Source: a virus. From it: a stretch of DNA of 64,000 nt. The stretch lies in IMG/VR virus record IMGVR_UViG_3300029994_000005, positions 3,761 to 67,760 of that record; one strand, written 5' to 3'. Below the pieces are notes generated by a model. It searched no databases. It was not told the DNA's origin and worked only from the letters and a program-made list of their open reading frames with translations. This document shows, piece by piece, positions 19,188-28,913 of this stretch. Made by a program: the position numbers and the translations under genes. Numbering within the stretch: the stretch's first letter is position 1; every line of letters starts with the position of its first letter.

Positions 19188-20501
19188 ATGGCAGACAAAA
19201 AGATGTTAGAAGTTACTCCAGATGGTAAGCAGGAACTTGTAGATGGCAAAGAGCCATTGAAGAAAGATCCTAAGAAGCTTAAGCAGAAGTGGAATGAGTT
19301 GAAGAAAGGTTTAAACAACCTCAATTCAATCATGGACCTTGCTGCAGCTTCTAAGGCCGATCCACAACCTGAAGAAGACGAAGATCAAGACGAGCAGATG
19401 GACCCGGAGATGATGGCGCAAATGGCCGCAGCTCAACAGGGTGAAGAGGGTGACGAAGATGAAGAATCTGAAGAGCCCGTAGAATCTGACGACCAAGAAG
19501 ACGATGAAGAACTTGAGGAGCAACCTGAGGGTGATGAATCTGTCCAAGGGGATCTAGATCAAGATCCAGAAAATACCGAACCAGAAGACGACGTTGAAGA
19601 GCCGTCTGGCGACGATATTCCTGAGCAAGATGATGACGAAGAGATTGACAGCTACGATCAACCTGAAGTATCAGAGCAAGACGCTACTGATGTAGGTGGT
19701 GTTGAAGGTAATGAAGACGACGGCGGTGATGATGAGATCCAACCGGATGATTCCGACGAGGAAAGTGCTGTCCAGGGCGAAGGTGATGGAGAGTTCCAAG
19801 AGGACGACCAGGAGCCGAACGGCGATGACGACTCTGAACAGAAGATTATCCAAGCCCTACAAGATGAAGGGTATTCTGAACCTGAGATCGCATACATTGT
19901 CCGTGGGCACCACTCACCGACTTATGATGAGAGCGCAGAAGCTAAAGCGCAAGCAACGCGCGACATGTCTGGTGTCGATGTTGAGAATGCTAAAGCTGAA
20001 GGCGACGCTAATCTTAAACTGAAGATGCAACAGGCAGATCTTGAGCACAAGCATGCTATGCGTATGAAGGACCTTGAGTTCGAACACGCACAGATGATGT
20101 CTCCAGACCCTGAGACTGAGAAAAACCATAAGAAGCGCATGCTCGATCTCGAGTACGAGAACGCTAAAGCTCAATCGCCAGATGGCTCTGATAAAGAGCA
20201 CCAGAAGCGTATGATGGACGTTGAATACCAGAATGCAATGGCTTCATCTCCAGATCCTGAGATCGCTAAGCAAATGGCTCAGATGGACGTAGAAGAACGC
20301 AGAGTTCAACTTGAGCTTCGTAAAAAAGAAGCTGAACTTGAATTGAAGTTTAAAGAGCGGGAACACGAGCTTAAATTGAAGCATGCAGAGATGCTTGCTC
20401 AGAAGAAGCTTAAAGAAAAGCTCGCCGAGAAACCAGCACCTAAGGCTCCTGCAAAGAAGCTAAAGAAGTCGGAAGATGAGGAATACGATGTCGAGGATTG
20501 A
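19188..20501 (+). CDS. Highly acidic (Asp/Glu-rich) protein with a C-terminal coiled coil
   Basis: 437-aa ORF with extreme D/E content (EEDEDQDEQ..., DDDEEIDSYD...). Confidence 0.5.
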   Translation: MADKKMLEVTPDGKQELVDGKEPLKKDPKKLKQKWNELKKGLNNLNSIMDLAAASKADPQPEEDEDQDEQMDPEMMAQMAAAQQGEEGDEDEESEEPVESDDQEDDEELEEQPEGDESVQGDLDQDPENTEPEDDVEEPSGDDIPEQDDDEEIDSYDQPEVSEQDATDVGGVEGNEDDGGDDEIQPDDSDEESAVQGEGDGEFQEDDQEPNGDDDSEQKIIQALQDEGYSEPEIAYIVRGHHSPTYDESAEAKAQATRDMSGVDVENAKAEGDANLKLKMQQADLEHKHAMRMKDLEFEHAQMMSPDPETEKNHKKRMLDLEYENAKAQSPDGSDKEHQKRMMDVEYQNAMASSPDPEIAKQMAQMDVEERRVQLELRKKEAELELKFKEREHELKLKHAEMLAQKKLKEKLAEKPAPKAPAKKLKKSEDEEYDVED

Positions 20502-21720
20502 ATTAGAACAAATTAGTGAAAACGAAGTTGAAGTAGTTCTTCCGCCTGAGACTCCAATGGAGATGGTGCAGCAGCTGACTAAAGGTCTGGCTGCTCGCGG
20601 CCTCATTGAAGACTTAGCTAAGAGCACAGTTTCGGTTCGCTACTTCAAGCGTCCTATCGATAAGGCAAACACAGTGGCTGATGAGCTCATCAAGTCTCTT
20701 TCTCGCCTTGCGAAAGATGATGAACTTCCATACTGGCATCCTAAAGCTCAGATGGCCAACCAGCGTCGAATCAAAGACGTTGAGATTGGTGAGCGCCGTG
20801 CTAAGCTTGGAATTAAGCAACCAACTAACATGTCACCTGCTCCTGAGCCTGGTGTAGTTCCAGCTCCCGCAACGCCAGCTGCACCAGCAGCTCCGGTCGC
20901 ACCAGGAGTAGCAACCGTTAACACATCGCCTAAGATGTATGATCACACTCCTACTGCACAACCGACCGCAGGCGGTACTGGTAAGCGCTACGCGTATATC
21001 AATGACCCTGTGAGCCAATCTGAGCATGTAGAAGGCTGTCAGTGCGACAAATGCCTTGATATGGCAAAGTCTGGTTATGGACCTAAAGGCGCAAGCCAAT
21101 ATAACCCTGCTGACAACGCTCGTCGTAAAGCTAACAACACTGGCGATCAGACTGGCTTCGGTGCTAATACAAACACCAAGGCCTACACATCTGCTAAGTT
21201 TGCCGGCAAAGACATGCAATCTAGTCCTGCACAGAAACGTCCAGGACCGGTTAAGACAATGAAAGATATGTCTCCGGACGTCGTAGCACAGATCAAAGCA
21301 AGACATGAGAGCAAGCTCACTAAGAGCGGTTGGGCGAACCATAATCCGTTCCCTAGCGCAGAAGAAGAGATCATGCGCCTTGCTAAGAACAAGCCACAAG
21401 ACGGCGAAGAGGCTGCAGCGCAGCAACTTGCTAATCTTATGGCCGGTAAGTCAATGCTAGGTGAAAACGTACCTCCGCAAGTTAAAGCAATGTTTGCAGC
21501 TCCTGCTCCGCAACCTACAGATGAACAGATGTTCGGCGGTGGCGTCGTAACTGAGGACATGGCTAAGGCTGCAGAACATAAGTGGAATAACAGCTTTAAC
21601 AACTGGATGCAAGAGGCTGCAAAGCCTATCACTCAGCGGTTTGCATCCCAGGCTGAAGAAGAAGTGTACTGGGCAAATATTAAAGTTAGTGACAGAGACG
21701 ACGGACAGTCAGGGTTTTAA
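20476..21720 (+). CDS. Hypothetical protein
   Basis: 414-aa ORF overlapping the upstream gene by 26 nt. Confidence 0.5.
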   Translation: MRNTMSRIELEQISENEVEVVLPPETPMEMVQQLTKGLAARGLIEDLAKSTVSVRYFKRPIDKANTVADELIKSLSRLAKDDELPYWHPKAQMANQRRIKDVEIGERRAKLGIKQPTNMSPAPEPGVVPAPATPAAPAAPVAPGVATVNTSPKMYDHTPTAQPTAGGTGKRYAYINDPVSQSEHVEGCQCDKCLDMAKSGYGPKGASQYNPADNARRKANNTGDQTGFGANTNTKAYTSAKFAGKDMQSSPAQKRPGPVKTMKDMSPDVVAQIKARHESKLTKSGWANHNPFPSAEEEIMRLAKNKPQDGEEAAAQQLANLMAGKSMLGENVPPQVKAMFAAPAPQPTDEQMFGGGVVTEDMAKAAEHKWNNSFNNWMQEAAKPITQRFASQAEEEVYWANIKVSDRDDGQSGF

Positions 21721-21780
21721 CCTGATAGAATAAGCTTAAGAGTCTGTGAACGGTCACGGATGCTTGGAACTTGGTAAGGT

Positions 21781-22398
21781 ATGTTAGAAAAGAGTTTCCC
21801 CGCGGTTTCACCGCAGCTATTTACAGCGAACGGAACAGCGAATGGTGTTATCACTATTCCTGACACACGTCTATTCAAGGTCAAGCAACACATCCAGATC
21901 ACCGGAACTGGACTTCTTACTTTAAATCTAGAAGTAAAAGAAGTCGCTAGTATCAACGAGATGACCGTTGGCCCTGTCAACGGCAGTATTCTAGCTACAA
22001 CTGACGTCTCTGCATATACTACAGCAGTCGCAGCCGCAGTCGGTTGCCCAGCTCCCCAGAAGCGTCCAACCATTGGTGCGGATGACTTCGAACGTGCAGT
22101 ATATGAAGAAGAACCTGTAGTCGCTAAAAGAGTTATCCTAGTTGATCAATATGGTCGCCCTATGGGAGGCGAAGACAATCCAATAGTGGCCGACGTTGAC
22201 GTTACGGTAAATAGCGTAGGACTTTTTACACTACCATACGACAGCATAGCGGCAGCTTATCCCAGTTCAACAGTAGAAACATATCAATCATATCTAGGCG
22301 GCCTGTCAGGAACTCCAGTTCAGTTGATAACTGTCACTTATGTTGATGCAACCAAAAATGTTATGCAGAGTGTTGTCAGAACGCCTACGGGTCCATAA
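21781..22398 (+). CDS. Hypothetical tail-associated protein
   Basis: 205-aa ORF upstream of the tail fibre gene. Confidence 0.5.
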   Translation: MLEKSFPAVSPQLFTANGTANGVITIPDTRLFKVKQHIQITGTGLLTLNLEVKEVASINEMTVGPVNGSILATTDVSAYTTAVAAAVGCPAPQKRPTIGADDFERAVYEEEPVVAKRVILVDQYGRPMGGEDNPIVADVDVTVNSVGLFTLPYDSIAAAYPSSTVETYQSYLGGLSGTPVQLITVTYVDATKNVMQSVVRTPTGP

Positions 22399-22547
22399 TG
22401 GCTTACCCAACATGGTTAATACCTCAAATTGATGCTGTGCCTAAAAGAGATACTTTATGGATTTGTGTTTGTAATATTTGCCACACAGAAACAGACAATT
22501 ATCTCAGTAAGGCAATAGGGAAATCTCATGCCATATAAGTTTAACCC
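22398..22547 (+). CDS. Small Cys-rich hypothetical protein (49 aa)
   Basis: The ATG overlaps the upstream stop (TAATG). It is below the cut-off of the ORF track. Contains a CVCNICH motif. Confidence 0.3.
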
Positions 22548-22848
22548 ATTTACTTCAAATTTAGATTATTACCAATCTGGTGGAAGCGGCAGCGGTGTTA
22601 CGGGTATTTCTCCTACAACACCCAATGCTATAGCCACATGGGTAGATACAGGTGCAACTACGATTCAAAATACAAACACTTTTGTTCAGTCTGGTGGAGC
22701 GATTCAATCACCGGGTTTTTTAACTGACAGAAGCATAACTACACTTATTTCTATTCCTTCTGAGTGCTCTATGATCTCACCGGAATTAGAGATAGAACTA
22801 TCTGGAGCTATTGAGATAGAACCAGACGGCGAATTAATAATAATTTAA
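22528..22848 (+). CDS. Hypothetical protein
   Basis: 106-aa ORF. Confidence 0.45.
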   Translation: MPYKFNPFTSNLDYYQSGGSGSGVTGISPTTPNAIATWVDTGATTIQNTNTFVQSGGAIQSPGFLTDRSITTLISIPSECSMISPELEIELSGAIEIEPDGELIII

Positions 22849-22857
22849 GGAGATACG

Positions 22858-25800
22858 ATGTCATCACCAGGAACACTTAGATTTGGGCAAGTTGCGACAA
22901 AACCGTCTCCGCCACCGTCGGGTTATGATCTCATCTACGTTAAAACAGATGACGTTCTCTATATACAAGATTCTTCTGGAGTTGAGGTTGCCCTTGGCTC
23001 TGCTAGCGCTATCACCTCTTTAACTGGCGATGTAACAGGATCTGGTCCTGGCTCTGCTGCCACTACTGTTAACTTTGTGGGTGGAGCTAGTGCCGCTTCT
23101 ATTGCAGCCGCTGCAACTGCAATTGGTACTGCAACGCCCCTTAATATTCCAAATACCGTAGTTGAGAGAGATAGCTCTGGTAACTTTGCAGCTGGAATCA
23201 TTACTGCATCCTTAAATGGAAATGCCAACACTGCTAGAACATCAATAAGCTTTACTGGTAGTTTGTTGGGCGATGTCACCGGAACACAAGGTGCAACTGT
23301 TGTTTCGTTTGTGGGTGGTTCTTCAGCTGCTAATGTGCACAGTGCAGAATTGGCAGCGAATGCAGCGACAGCTTTAAATACTGCGTCTACTATAGTAAAG
23401 CGTGATGCATCTGGTAACTTTGCCGCTAACGTAATCACTGCGTCATTGACAGGCAATGTAACTGGTAATTTAGTAGGTAACGTAACTGGTAACGTAAGTG
23501 GATCTGCCGCGTCATTTACCGGCAATTTAGCTGGTGATGTTACCGGTACTCAAGGTGCCACTGTCGTTGGTGCTATACAAGGGACTGCAGTTAACCCTAC
23601 TGCACCAACTGATGCTCAATTCTTAGTTTATCAAACCGGCATAACTTCTTATAAAGCTGTAAGCATGTCTGGTGCCGCCACTATGTCTGATACTGGAGTA
23701 GTTACGCTCACTAACACTTCAGTAACCGGCCAACTATTGACAGGATATGCAACAGGCTCTAATACACCTATCACTGCAACAAATTCAATACTAACGGCTT
23801 TTGAGAATTTACAGGCTCAGATAGTTGCTACCGTTGGTGCTGCTATTACTTCACTAATTGGCGATGTAACTGCAACTGGACCTGGAGCTGCGACTGCAAC
23901 TGTTGTTGCCCTTCAAGGACATGCGGTCTCTGCGACTGCACCTACCGATGCCCAAATTTTGATCTGGAACTCTGGCACCAGCTCGTGGACTCCAGAGAGC
24001 ATGTCTGGCGATGTTCACATTACAGATCTAGGTGTTACAAGTATAGTTGCCACAACAAACTCTACAATTACCACCCTGTCTGCATTGTCTTTACCTGGTT
24101 CTCAGGTTACTGGAAATATTCCTGGAAATGCGGCAAACATTACGGCCACAACCAACTCTACATTGACGACTCTTACAGCATTGAGTTTGCCAACTACTCA
24201 ACTCACTGGTACTCTTCAGGCAGCGCAATTCCCAGCGTTGACTGGCGACGTAACGACTACTGCTGGTTCTCTGGTTACCCATCTAGTTGCTACTACTAAC
24301 TCTACGTTAACAACTCTTTCTGCATTGAGTTTACCAACTACTCAATTGACTGGTACTCTACAAGCCGCACAAGAACCTGCACATACCGGAGATGTAACGA
24401 ATACCGCTGGTTCTCTAGTATTAAGTCTAGTTGCTACAACGAATTCGACATTGACGACTCTTACAGCGTTAGCTTTGCCAACTACTCAATTGACTGGTAC
24501 TCTACAAGCCGCACAAGAACCTGCACATACCGGAGATGTAACGAATACCGCTGGTTCTCTGGTTACTCACCTAATTGCTACTACTAACTCTACGTTAACA
24601 ACTCTTTCTGCATTGAGTTTACCTGGATCTCAGGTCACCGGTAACATCGCAGGTAACGCCGCTAATGTTACAGGTGTAGTGGCTATAGTTAACGGTGGCA
24701 CCGGTCAAACTACAGCAAACGCTGGATTTGATGCTCTGTCGCCAATGACTACTCTGGGTGACATCATCTATGAAAATGCAACACCAACTGCTGCTAGACT
24801 TCCTGGTAACACTACGACAGCTCGCGAGTTTTTGACTTCTCAAGGTACAGGTACTCTAGCAAATGCGCCATCATGGAGTTCACTAGTTTCCGGTGATATT
24901 CCTAATAATGCTGCAAATACTTCAGGTACTGCTGCTAACGTTACTGCAACAACTAATAGCACATTGACATCATTACCTAGTTTAACATCTGCCACATCCT
25001 TAGCCCTTTTAGGTTCTCAAATCGGCGGATTTACTCAAGGCAGTGTTATCTTCGCTAGCGCAACTGGAACTCTCACTCAAGATAATGCTAATTTCTACTG
25101 GAACGACACTACATTGGCTTTGGGCATTGGTGTGCAGCCAGCTACAACAGCAGTTTTAGATATTGTTAACAACTCCGGCACTACTAAGGCCATTCAGGTT
25201 ACTGGGTATGGCTCTAACGTAGGATTTAGCGGAAGAGAAGCAGGTGGTACACTTGCAAGTCCTTCTGCTACAACGAGTGGAACAAACTTGACATTCTTCT
25301 CTGGTGGAGGTTATGGCGCTACGGCATTCGCTGTCGCTAGTACTGGCGTTGTGAACATCGTAGCAGGAGCTACCTTCACTGATACATCTATGCCTACGTA
25401 CATCGGCTTTAGCGTAACGCCGGTTGGTTCAGTAACTTCCGCAGAAGCCATGAGGATCGCACCAACAGGACATCTTCTACTCGGAACAACTACGGATGGA
25501 AGTCAGCTATTACAAGTTAATGGAAGTGCTCTCTTCGCTGGTATTGCAACTTTAAGCGTTGCTCCTATTACTTCTAGCTTGACTGGTTATCTATATGGTA
25601 ATGGTGCTAGTCAGGTTACTGCTTCAACAACTATCCCAGGTACCGCTATCACAGGCAACATCTCTGGTAATGCTGCCAATGTGACAGGAATAGTTAACAT
25701 TGCTAACGGCGGCACTGACCTTTCGACTGCGCCAACCAACGGTCAATTATTGGTAGGCAATGGTACTGGATATACTCTAGCTACATTGACCCAAGGTACT

Positions 25801-26142
25801 GGTATTTCCATTACCAATACTGCTGGTGCGATCACGATTGTAAACAATGGCATCACCCCTCTCGTGACCAAAACCGCAAACTACAATATTTTATCTACCG
25901 ATGGAGCAATTCTTTGTGATACTTCGGGAGGAGCGTTTACTCTCACTCTACCTTCTCCCACTGGTCTATCTGGTAAAACATTCAAAATCATTGATTCAAC
26001 TGGATTCTTTCAGGCTAACAACTTAACTCTGGCTCCTAATGGTTCAGAGAAAATTGAGGGGTTGGCAGCAAGTAAAGTTCTTCAAACACCATGGGGTTGG
26101 TTCAATGTGGTAACTGATGGCGTTTCGTGGTTTGTAGGTTAA
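22858..26142 (+). CDS. Tail fibre protein with internal tandem repeats
   Basis: 1094-aa Ser/Thr/Gly/Ala-rich ORF with RBS aggagatacgATG. It contains repeated ATTNSTLTTLSALSLP(T/G)(T/S)Q(L/V)TG... units. Confidence 0.7.
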   Translation: MSSPGTLRFGQVATKPSPPPSGYDLIYVKTDDVLYIQDSSGVEVALGSASAITSLTGDVTGSGPGSAATTVNFVGGASAASIAAAATAIGTATPLNIPNTVVERDSSGNFAAGIITASLNGNANTARTSISFTGSLLGDVTGTQGATVVSFVGGSSAANVHSAELAANAATALNTASTIVKRDASGNFAANVITASLTGNVTGNLVGNVTGNVSGSAASFTGNLAGDVTGTQGATVVGAIQGTAVNPTAPTDAQFLVYQTGITSYKAVSMSGAATMSDTGVVTLTNTSVTGQLLTGYATGSNTPITATNSILTAFENLQAQIVATVGAAITSLIGDVTATGPGAATATVVALQGHAVSATAPTDAQILIWNSGTSSWTPESMSGDVHITDLGVTSIVATTNSTITTLSALSLPGSQVTGNIPGNAANITATTNSTLTTLTALSLPTTQLTGTLQAAQFPALTGDVTTTAGSLVTHLVATTNSTLTTLSALSLPTTQLTGTLQAAQEPAHTGDVTNTAGSLVLSLVATTNSTLTTLTALALPTTQLTGTLQAAQEPAHTGDVTNTAGSLVTHLIATTNSTLTTLSALSLPGSQVTGNIAGNAANVTGVVAIVNGGTGQTTANAGFDALSPMTTLGDIIYENATPTAARLPGNTTTAREFLTSQGTGTLANAPSWSSLVSGDIPNNAANTSGTAANVTATTNSTLTSLPSLTSATSLALLGSQIGGFTQGSVIFASATGTLTQDNANFYWNDTTLALGIGVQPATTAVLDIVNNSGTTKAIQVTGYGSNVGFSGREAGGTLASPSATTSGTNLTFFSGGGYGATAFAVASTGVVNIVAGATFTDTSMPTYIGFSVTPVGSVTSAEAMRIAPTGHLLLGTTTDGSQLLQVNGSALFAGIATLSVAPITSSLTGYLYGNGASQVTASTTIPGTAITGNISGNAANVTGIVNIANGGTDLSTAPTNGQLLVGNGTGYTLATLTQGTGISITNTAGAITIVNNGITPLVTKTANYNILSTDGAILCDTSGGAFTLTLPSPTGLSGKTFKIIDSTGFFQANNLTLAPNGSEKIEGLAASKVLQTPWGWFNVVTDGVSWFVG
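24040..24650 (+). repeat. Tandem repeats of about 117 nt (about 39 aa) inside the tail fibre gene
   Basis: Near-identical nucleotide blocks recur. One is actactaactctacgttaacaactctttctgcattgagttta. Another is caattgactggtactctacaagccgcacaagaacctgcacataccggagatgtaacgaataccgctggttctct. Confidence 0.8.
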
Positions 26143-26145
26143 TTT

Positions 26146-27009
26146 ATGTCTAAATATGTAAAACAATTATTCACTACATCTGGAACCTGGACTTGTCCTG
26201 CCGGTATTACAAACATAGTAGTTTGGGGTCGCGGTGGAACTGGCGGAGGCGGTGGCGGAGGTGGCGGATCTGGCGGCTCCACAACTAGCGGTGGAACTGG
26301 CGGTGGAAGTGGTGGACCAGGTGGATCTCTAACTTCTCTATCTTTTCAACTAACAGTTGTTCCTGGAACCGCTTACACAATAACTATCGGACAAGGTGGA
26401 GCCGGTGGTGCCGGTGGTGCAGGTGGTGTAGCAGGCGGTGCTGGGGGCACTGGAAGTAATGGAATCGTAGGAACTCCATCATCTTTTGATGGTATTTTAT
26501 CTTTTCAACCTAGTGCTCCTGGTTTTGGTGGTACTGGAGGAGTAACAGGCGGTGCGAATGGAGTTGCAGGCACATATGGTCCTGGAGAATTTCAAGGAAC
26601 TCCATCTTTGTCTTTTGCTAGTGGCAATGGTGGAGGCCGTGGTTCGGCGGGCTATGCTGGTTACGTACCAGTTGGAGCATGGAATCCATTTTTTACCTAC
26701 GGCACTGCTGGCGCTGGCGGAAGTGCCACTTCGGGAATTGGGAGTGGAGGCGGTGGAGGCGGTGGTTCAGCACCAGTTGCAGGAGATGCGACTGGTCCAA
26801 ACGGCTCTACTGGAGGAAATGGTGGTGCCTCTGGTTCTAATGGCGGAAATGCTCCAACAGCTTCTTCAGCAATTGCTGGATCAGGTGGACCCGGTGGAGG
26901 TGGTGGTGGTGCAGGTGGATTAAAAGCAACTACTGGAACAACTGGCGGTAACGGCGCAACTGGAGCAACTGGAAGTAACGGTCAGATTATTGTTACGTGG
27001 GTGGAATAA
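26146..27009 (+). CDS. Glycine-rich protein, paralog 1 of 3
   Basis: N-terminus MSKYVKQLFTTSGTWTCPAGITNIVVWGRGG followed by poly-Gly. C-terminus SNGQIIVTWVE. Conserved internal motif VVPGTAYTITIGQGGAGGAGGAGG. Confidence 0.6.
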   Translation: MSKYVKQLFTTSGTWTCPAGITNIVVWGRGGTGGGGGGGGGSGGSTTSGGTGGGSGGPGGSLTSLSFQLTVVPGTAYTITIGQGGAGGAGGAGGVAGGAGGTGSNGIVGTPSSFDGILSFQPSAPGFGGTGGVTGGANGVAGTYGPGEFQGTPSLSFASGNGGGRGSAGYAGYVPVGAWNPFFTYGTAGAGGSATSGIGSGGGGGGGSAPVAGDATGPNGSTGGNGGASGSNGGNAPTASSAIAGSGGPGGGGGGAGGLKATTGTTGGNGATGATGSNGQIIVTWVE

Positions 27010-27881
27010 TGGCAAAAATGGTTAGAGAATTATTCACTACATCTGGAACCTGGACTTGTCCTGCTGGCATTACGAATATTATTGTCTGGGGGCGAGGTGG
27101 CTCTGGTGGCGGAGGCGGTGGCGGAGGAGGTGGCGGAGGATCTACTACTGCTGGAGCTGGCGGTGGATCTTCTGGTGGACCAGGCGGAAGTATGGTAACT
27201 CTTCCATTTGAACTTATCGTCGTTCCAGGGACCTCTTATACTATAACCATAGGTACTGGTGGTGCAGGTGGTGCAGGTGGTGCAGGTGGTGTAGCAACTG
27301 CTGGTGGATCAATTGGAACTGCTGGTGGCGCAGGTTCATCTGGTACTGCAACTACCTTTGACGTCCTTTTATCCTTCCAACCAGGTCGCGGTGGAACTGG
27401 CGGTGGAGGCGGAGGAAGTGGTGGACTTAGTGCTACTGCTGGTGCTGGTGGTTTTGGAACTTATGGCATCTTACCGTTTCAACCGTATGGTGTTGGCGGT
27501 GGCGGTGGTGCAGGAACGGCGGGTAATGCTGGTCGCACTATATATGGTTCTCAATCTCCATTTTTTGTTAGTGGAGCTGGAGGAGCGGGCGGGGCTTCAG
27601 GTGGTGCAGGTGGAGGCGGTGGCGGTGGTGGAAGTTCAGCTGCTCCAGCAGGAGATGCGACTGGCCCAAGCAGCAGCGCTGCTGGAGGAAATGGTGGTGC
27701 CTCTGGTTCTAATGGAGGAAATGGTGGTGCAGCTTCATCTGCTATATCAGGCTCTGGTGGTGGAGGTGGCGGAGGTGGCGGAGGTGGTGGTACACTTGCA
27801 ACGACTGGATCCACTGGCGGCATCGGAGCAAATGGAGCAGCTGGAAGTAACGGTCAAATTATTGTTCAGTGGGTTGAATGA
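26997..27881 (+). CDS. Glycine-rich protein, paralog 2 of 3
   Basis: Same N-terminal (FTTSGTWTCPAGITNIIVWGRGG) and C-terminal (SNGQIIVQWVE) motifs. It overlaps paralog 1 by 13 nt. Confidence 0.6.
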   Translation: MGGIMAKMVRELFTTSGTWTCPAGITNIIVWGRGGSGGGGGGGGGGGGSTTAGAGGGSSGGPGGSMVTLPFELIVVPGTSYTITIGTGGAGGAGGAGGVATAGGSIGTAGGAGSSGTATTFDVLLSFQPGRGGTGGGGGGSGGLSATAGAGGFGTYGILPFQPYGVGGGGGAGTAGNAGRTIYGSQSPFFVSGAGGAGGASGGAGGGGGGGGSSAAPAGDATGPSSSAAGGNGGASGSNGGNGGAASSAISGSGGGGGGGGGGGGTLATTGSTGGIGANGAAGSNGQIIVQWVE

Positions 27882-27965
27882 AAAAATACAATTACTTTCA
27901 AGTTTTACCTTTGACTGTAGGCCAGAATCTATCCATAATTCACACATTATATACATTAATGGCGG

Positions 27966-28862
27966 TTGTCAATGTCTAAATATGTAAAACGAATTTTCAC
28001 GTCTTCTGGAACCTGGACTTGCCCTGCTGGCATTACGAATATAACTGTTATCGGGAGAGGTGGCACTGCCGGAGGTAGTGGTGGAGGAGGAGGCGGTGGT
28101 GGTGGTGGAAGTTCTAATGGAGGTGGTGGTGGATCTGCTGGTTCTTCTGGACCCGCTAATATATCTTTACCGTATCCCGTCACTGTCGTTCCCGGAACTA
28201 CTTATACGATCACTATCGGGGCAGCAGGAACTGCAGGCAGCGGAGGCGCTGCTGGAACAATAACAGGTCAAGGTGGTACAGGAGGTCAAGGTGGACCAGG
28301 TGGCAGTAGTTCTTTTGGGTCTTTGGTTTCATTTTTAGGATCTGCATATGATGGTTCTACTGTAGGTGGAGGAGGAACTGCTGCTGGAGTGGGAGCTATT
28401 TATTATGACAGCACCTCTCCAAAAGCATTTGGAACATTTCAATCATCTGGTCTATCTTTACTATATGCATGTGGAGAAGGTGGTACAGGAGGAGCAGCAT
28501 CTACTGCAGGTGGCAATGCGACTGATACAACAACATTAGTAGGAGCACTTTCTCCTTTCTTCTTGGCTGGAAGTGGTGCGTTGGGAGGAACTGCCGGTGG
28601 TGTTAACGGAGGCGGAGGTGGTGGAGCTGGTGCGAGTGGCGGCGCTGGAGATGCACCATCCAATATTGGAGCAGCTGGTGGCAATGGTGGTACCTCTGGA
28701 GTTGCTGGTAGTGCGGGAGCAAATGCTTTACCTTCCACCGCTGGATCTGGTGGACTAGGTGGTGGAGGAGGAGGCGGTGGCGGATCAGGTGCCGCTGGAG
28801 GGAAGGGTGGCAATGGTAGTGCGGGAAGTTCTGGACAAATTGTCGTATTGTGGGTAGAGTAA
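27966..28862 (+). CDS. Glycine-rich protein, paralog 3 of 3
   Basis: Same N-terminal (FTSSGTWTCPAGITNITVIGRGG) and C-terminal (SSGQIVVLWVE) motifs. Confidence 0.6.
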   Translation: MSMSKYVKRIFTSSGTWTCPAGITNITVIGRGGTAGGSGGGGGGGGGGSSNGGGGGSAGSSGPANISLPYPVTVVPGTTYTITIGAAGTAGSGGAAGTITGQGGTGGQGGPGGSSSFGSLVSFLGSAYDGSTVGGGGTAAGVGAIYYDSTSPKAFGTFQSSGLSLLYACGEGGTGGAASTAGGNATDTTTLVGALSPFFLAGSGALGGTAGGVNGGGGGGAGASGGAGDAPSNIGAAGGNGGTSGVAGSAGANALPSTAGSGGLGGGGGGGGGSGAAGGKGGNGSAGSSGQIVVLWVE

Positions 28863-28913
28863 TATGGAGCACAATCCCCTATTGTGTGATGTAGTTTTAC
28901 AGAGAGGTGGATC

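Noticed and set aside
26552-28183. Alternative-frame and antisense ORFs inside the glycine-rich genes: 26552-26923 +, 27304-27987 +, 27551-27823 -, 27956-28183 -, 28439-28813 -, 28603-28872 -
   Set aside because: These are artifacts of the GGN-rich repeats, which lack stop codons in several frames. The sense frame has the conserved N- and C-terminal motifs and RBS-like context. The others translate to poly-Pro, poly-Leu or poly-Val low complexity.
26146-28862. A CRISPR array or other interspersed-repeat feature in the GGT/GGC-rich region
   Set aside because: The repeats are in-frame codon repeats with no constant-length spacers. No CRISPR-like repeat-spacer pattern is present anywhere in the window.
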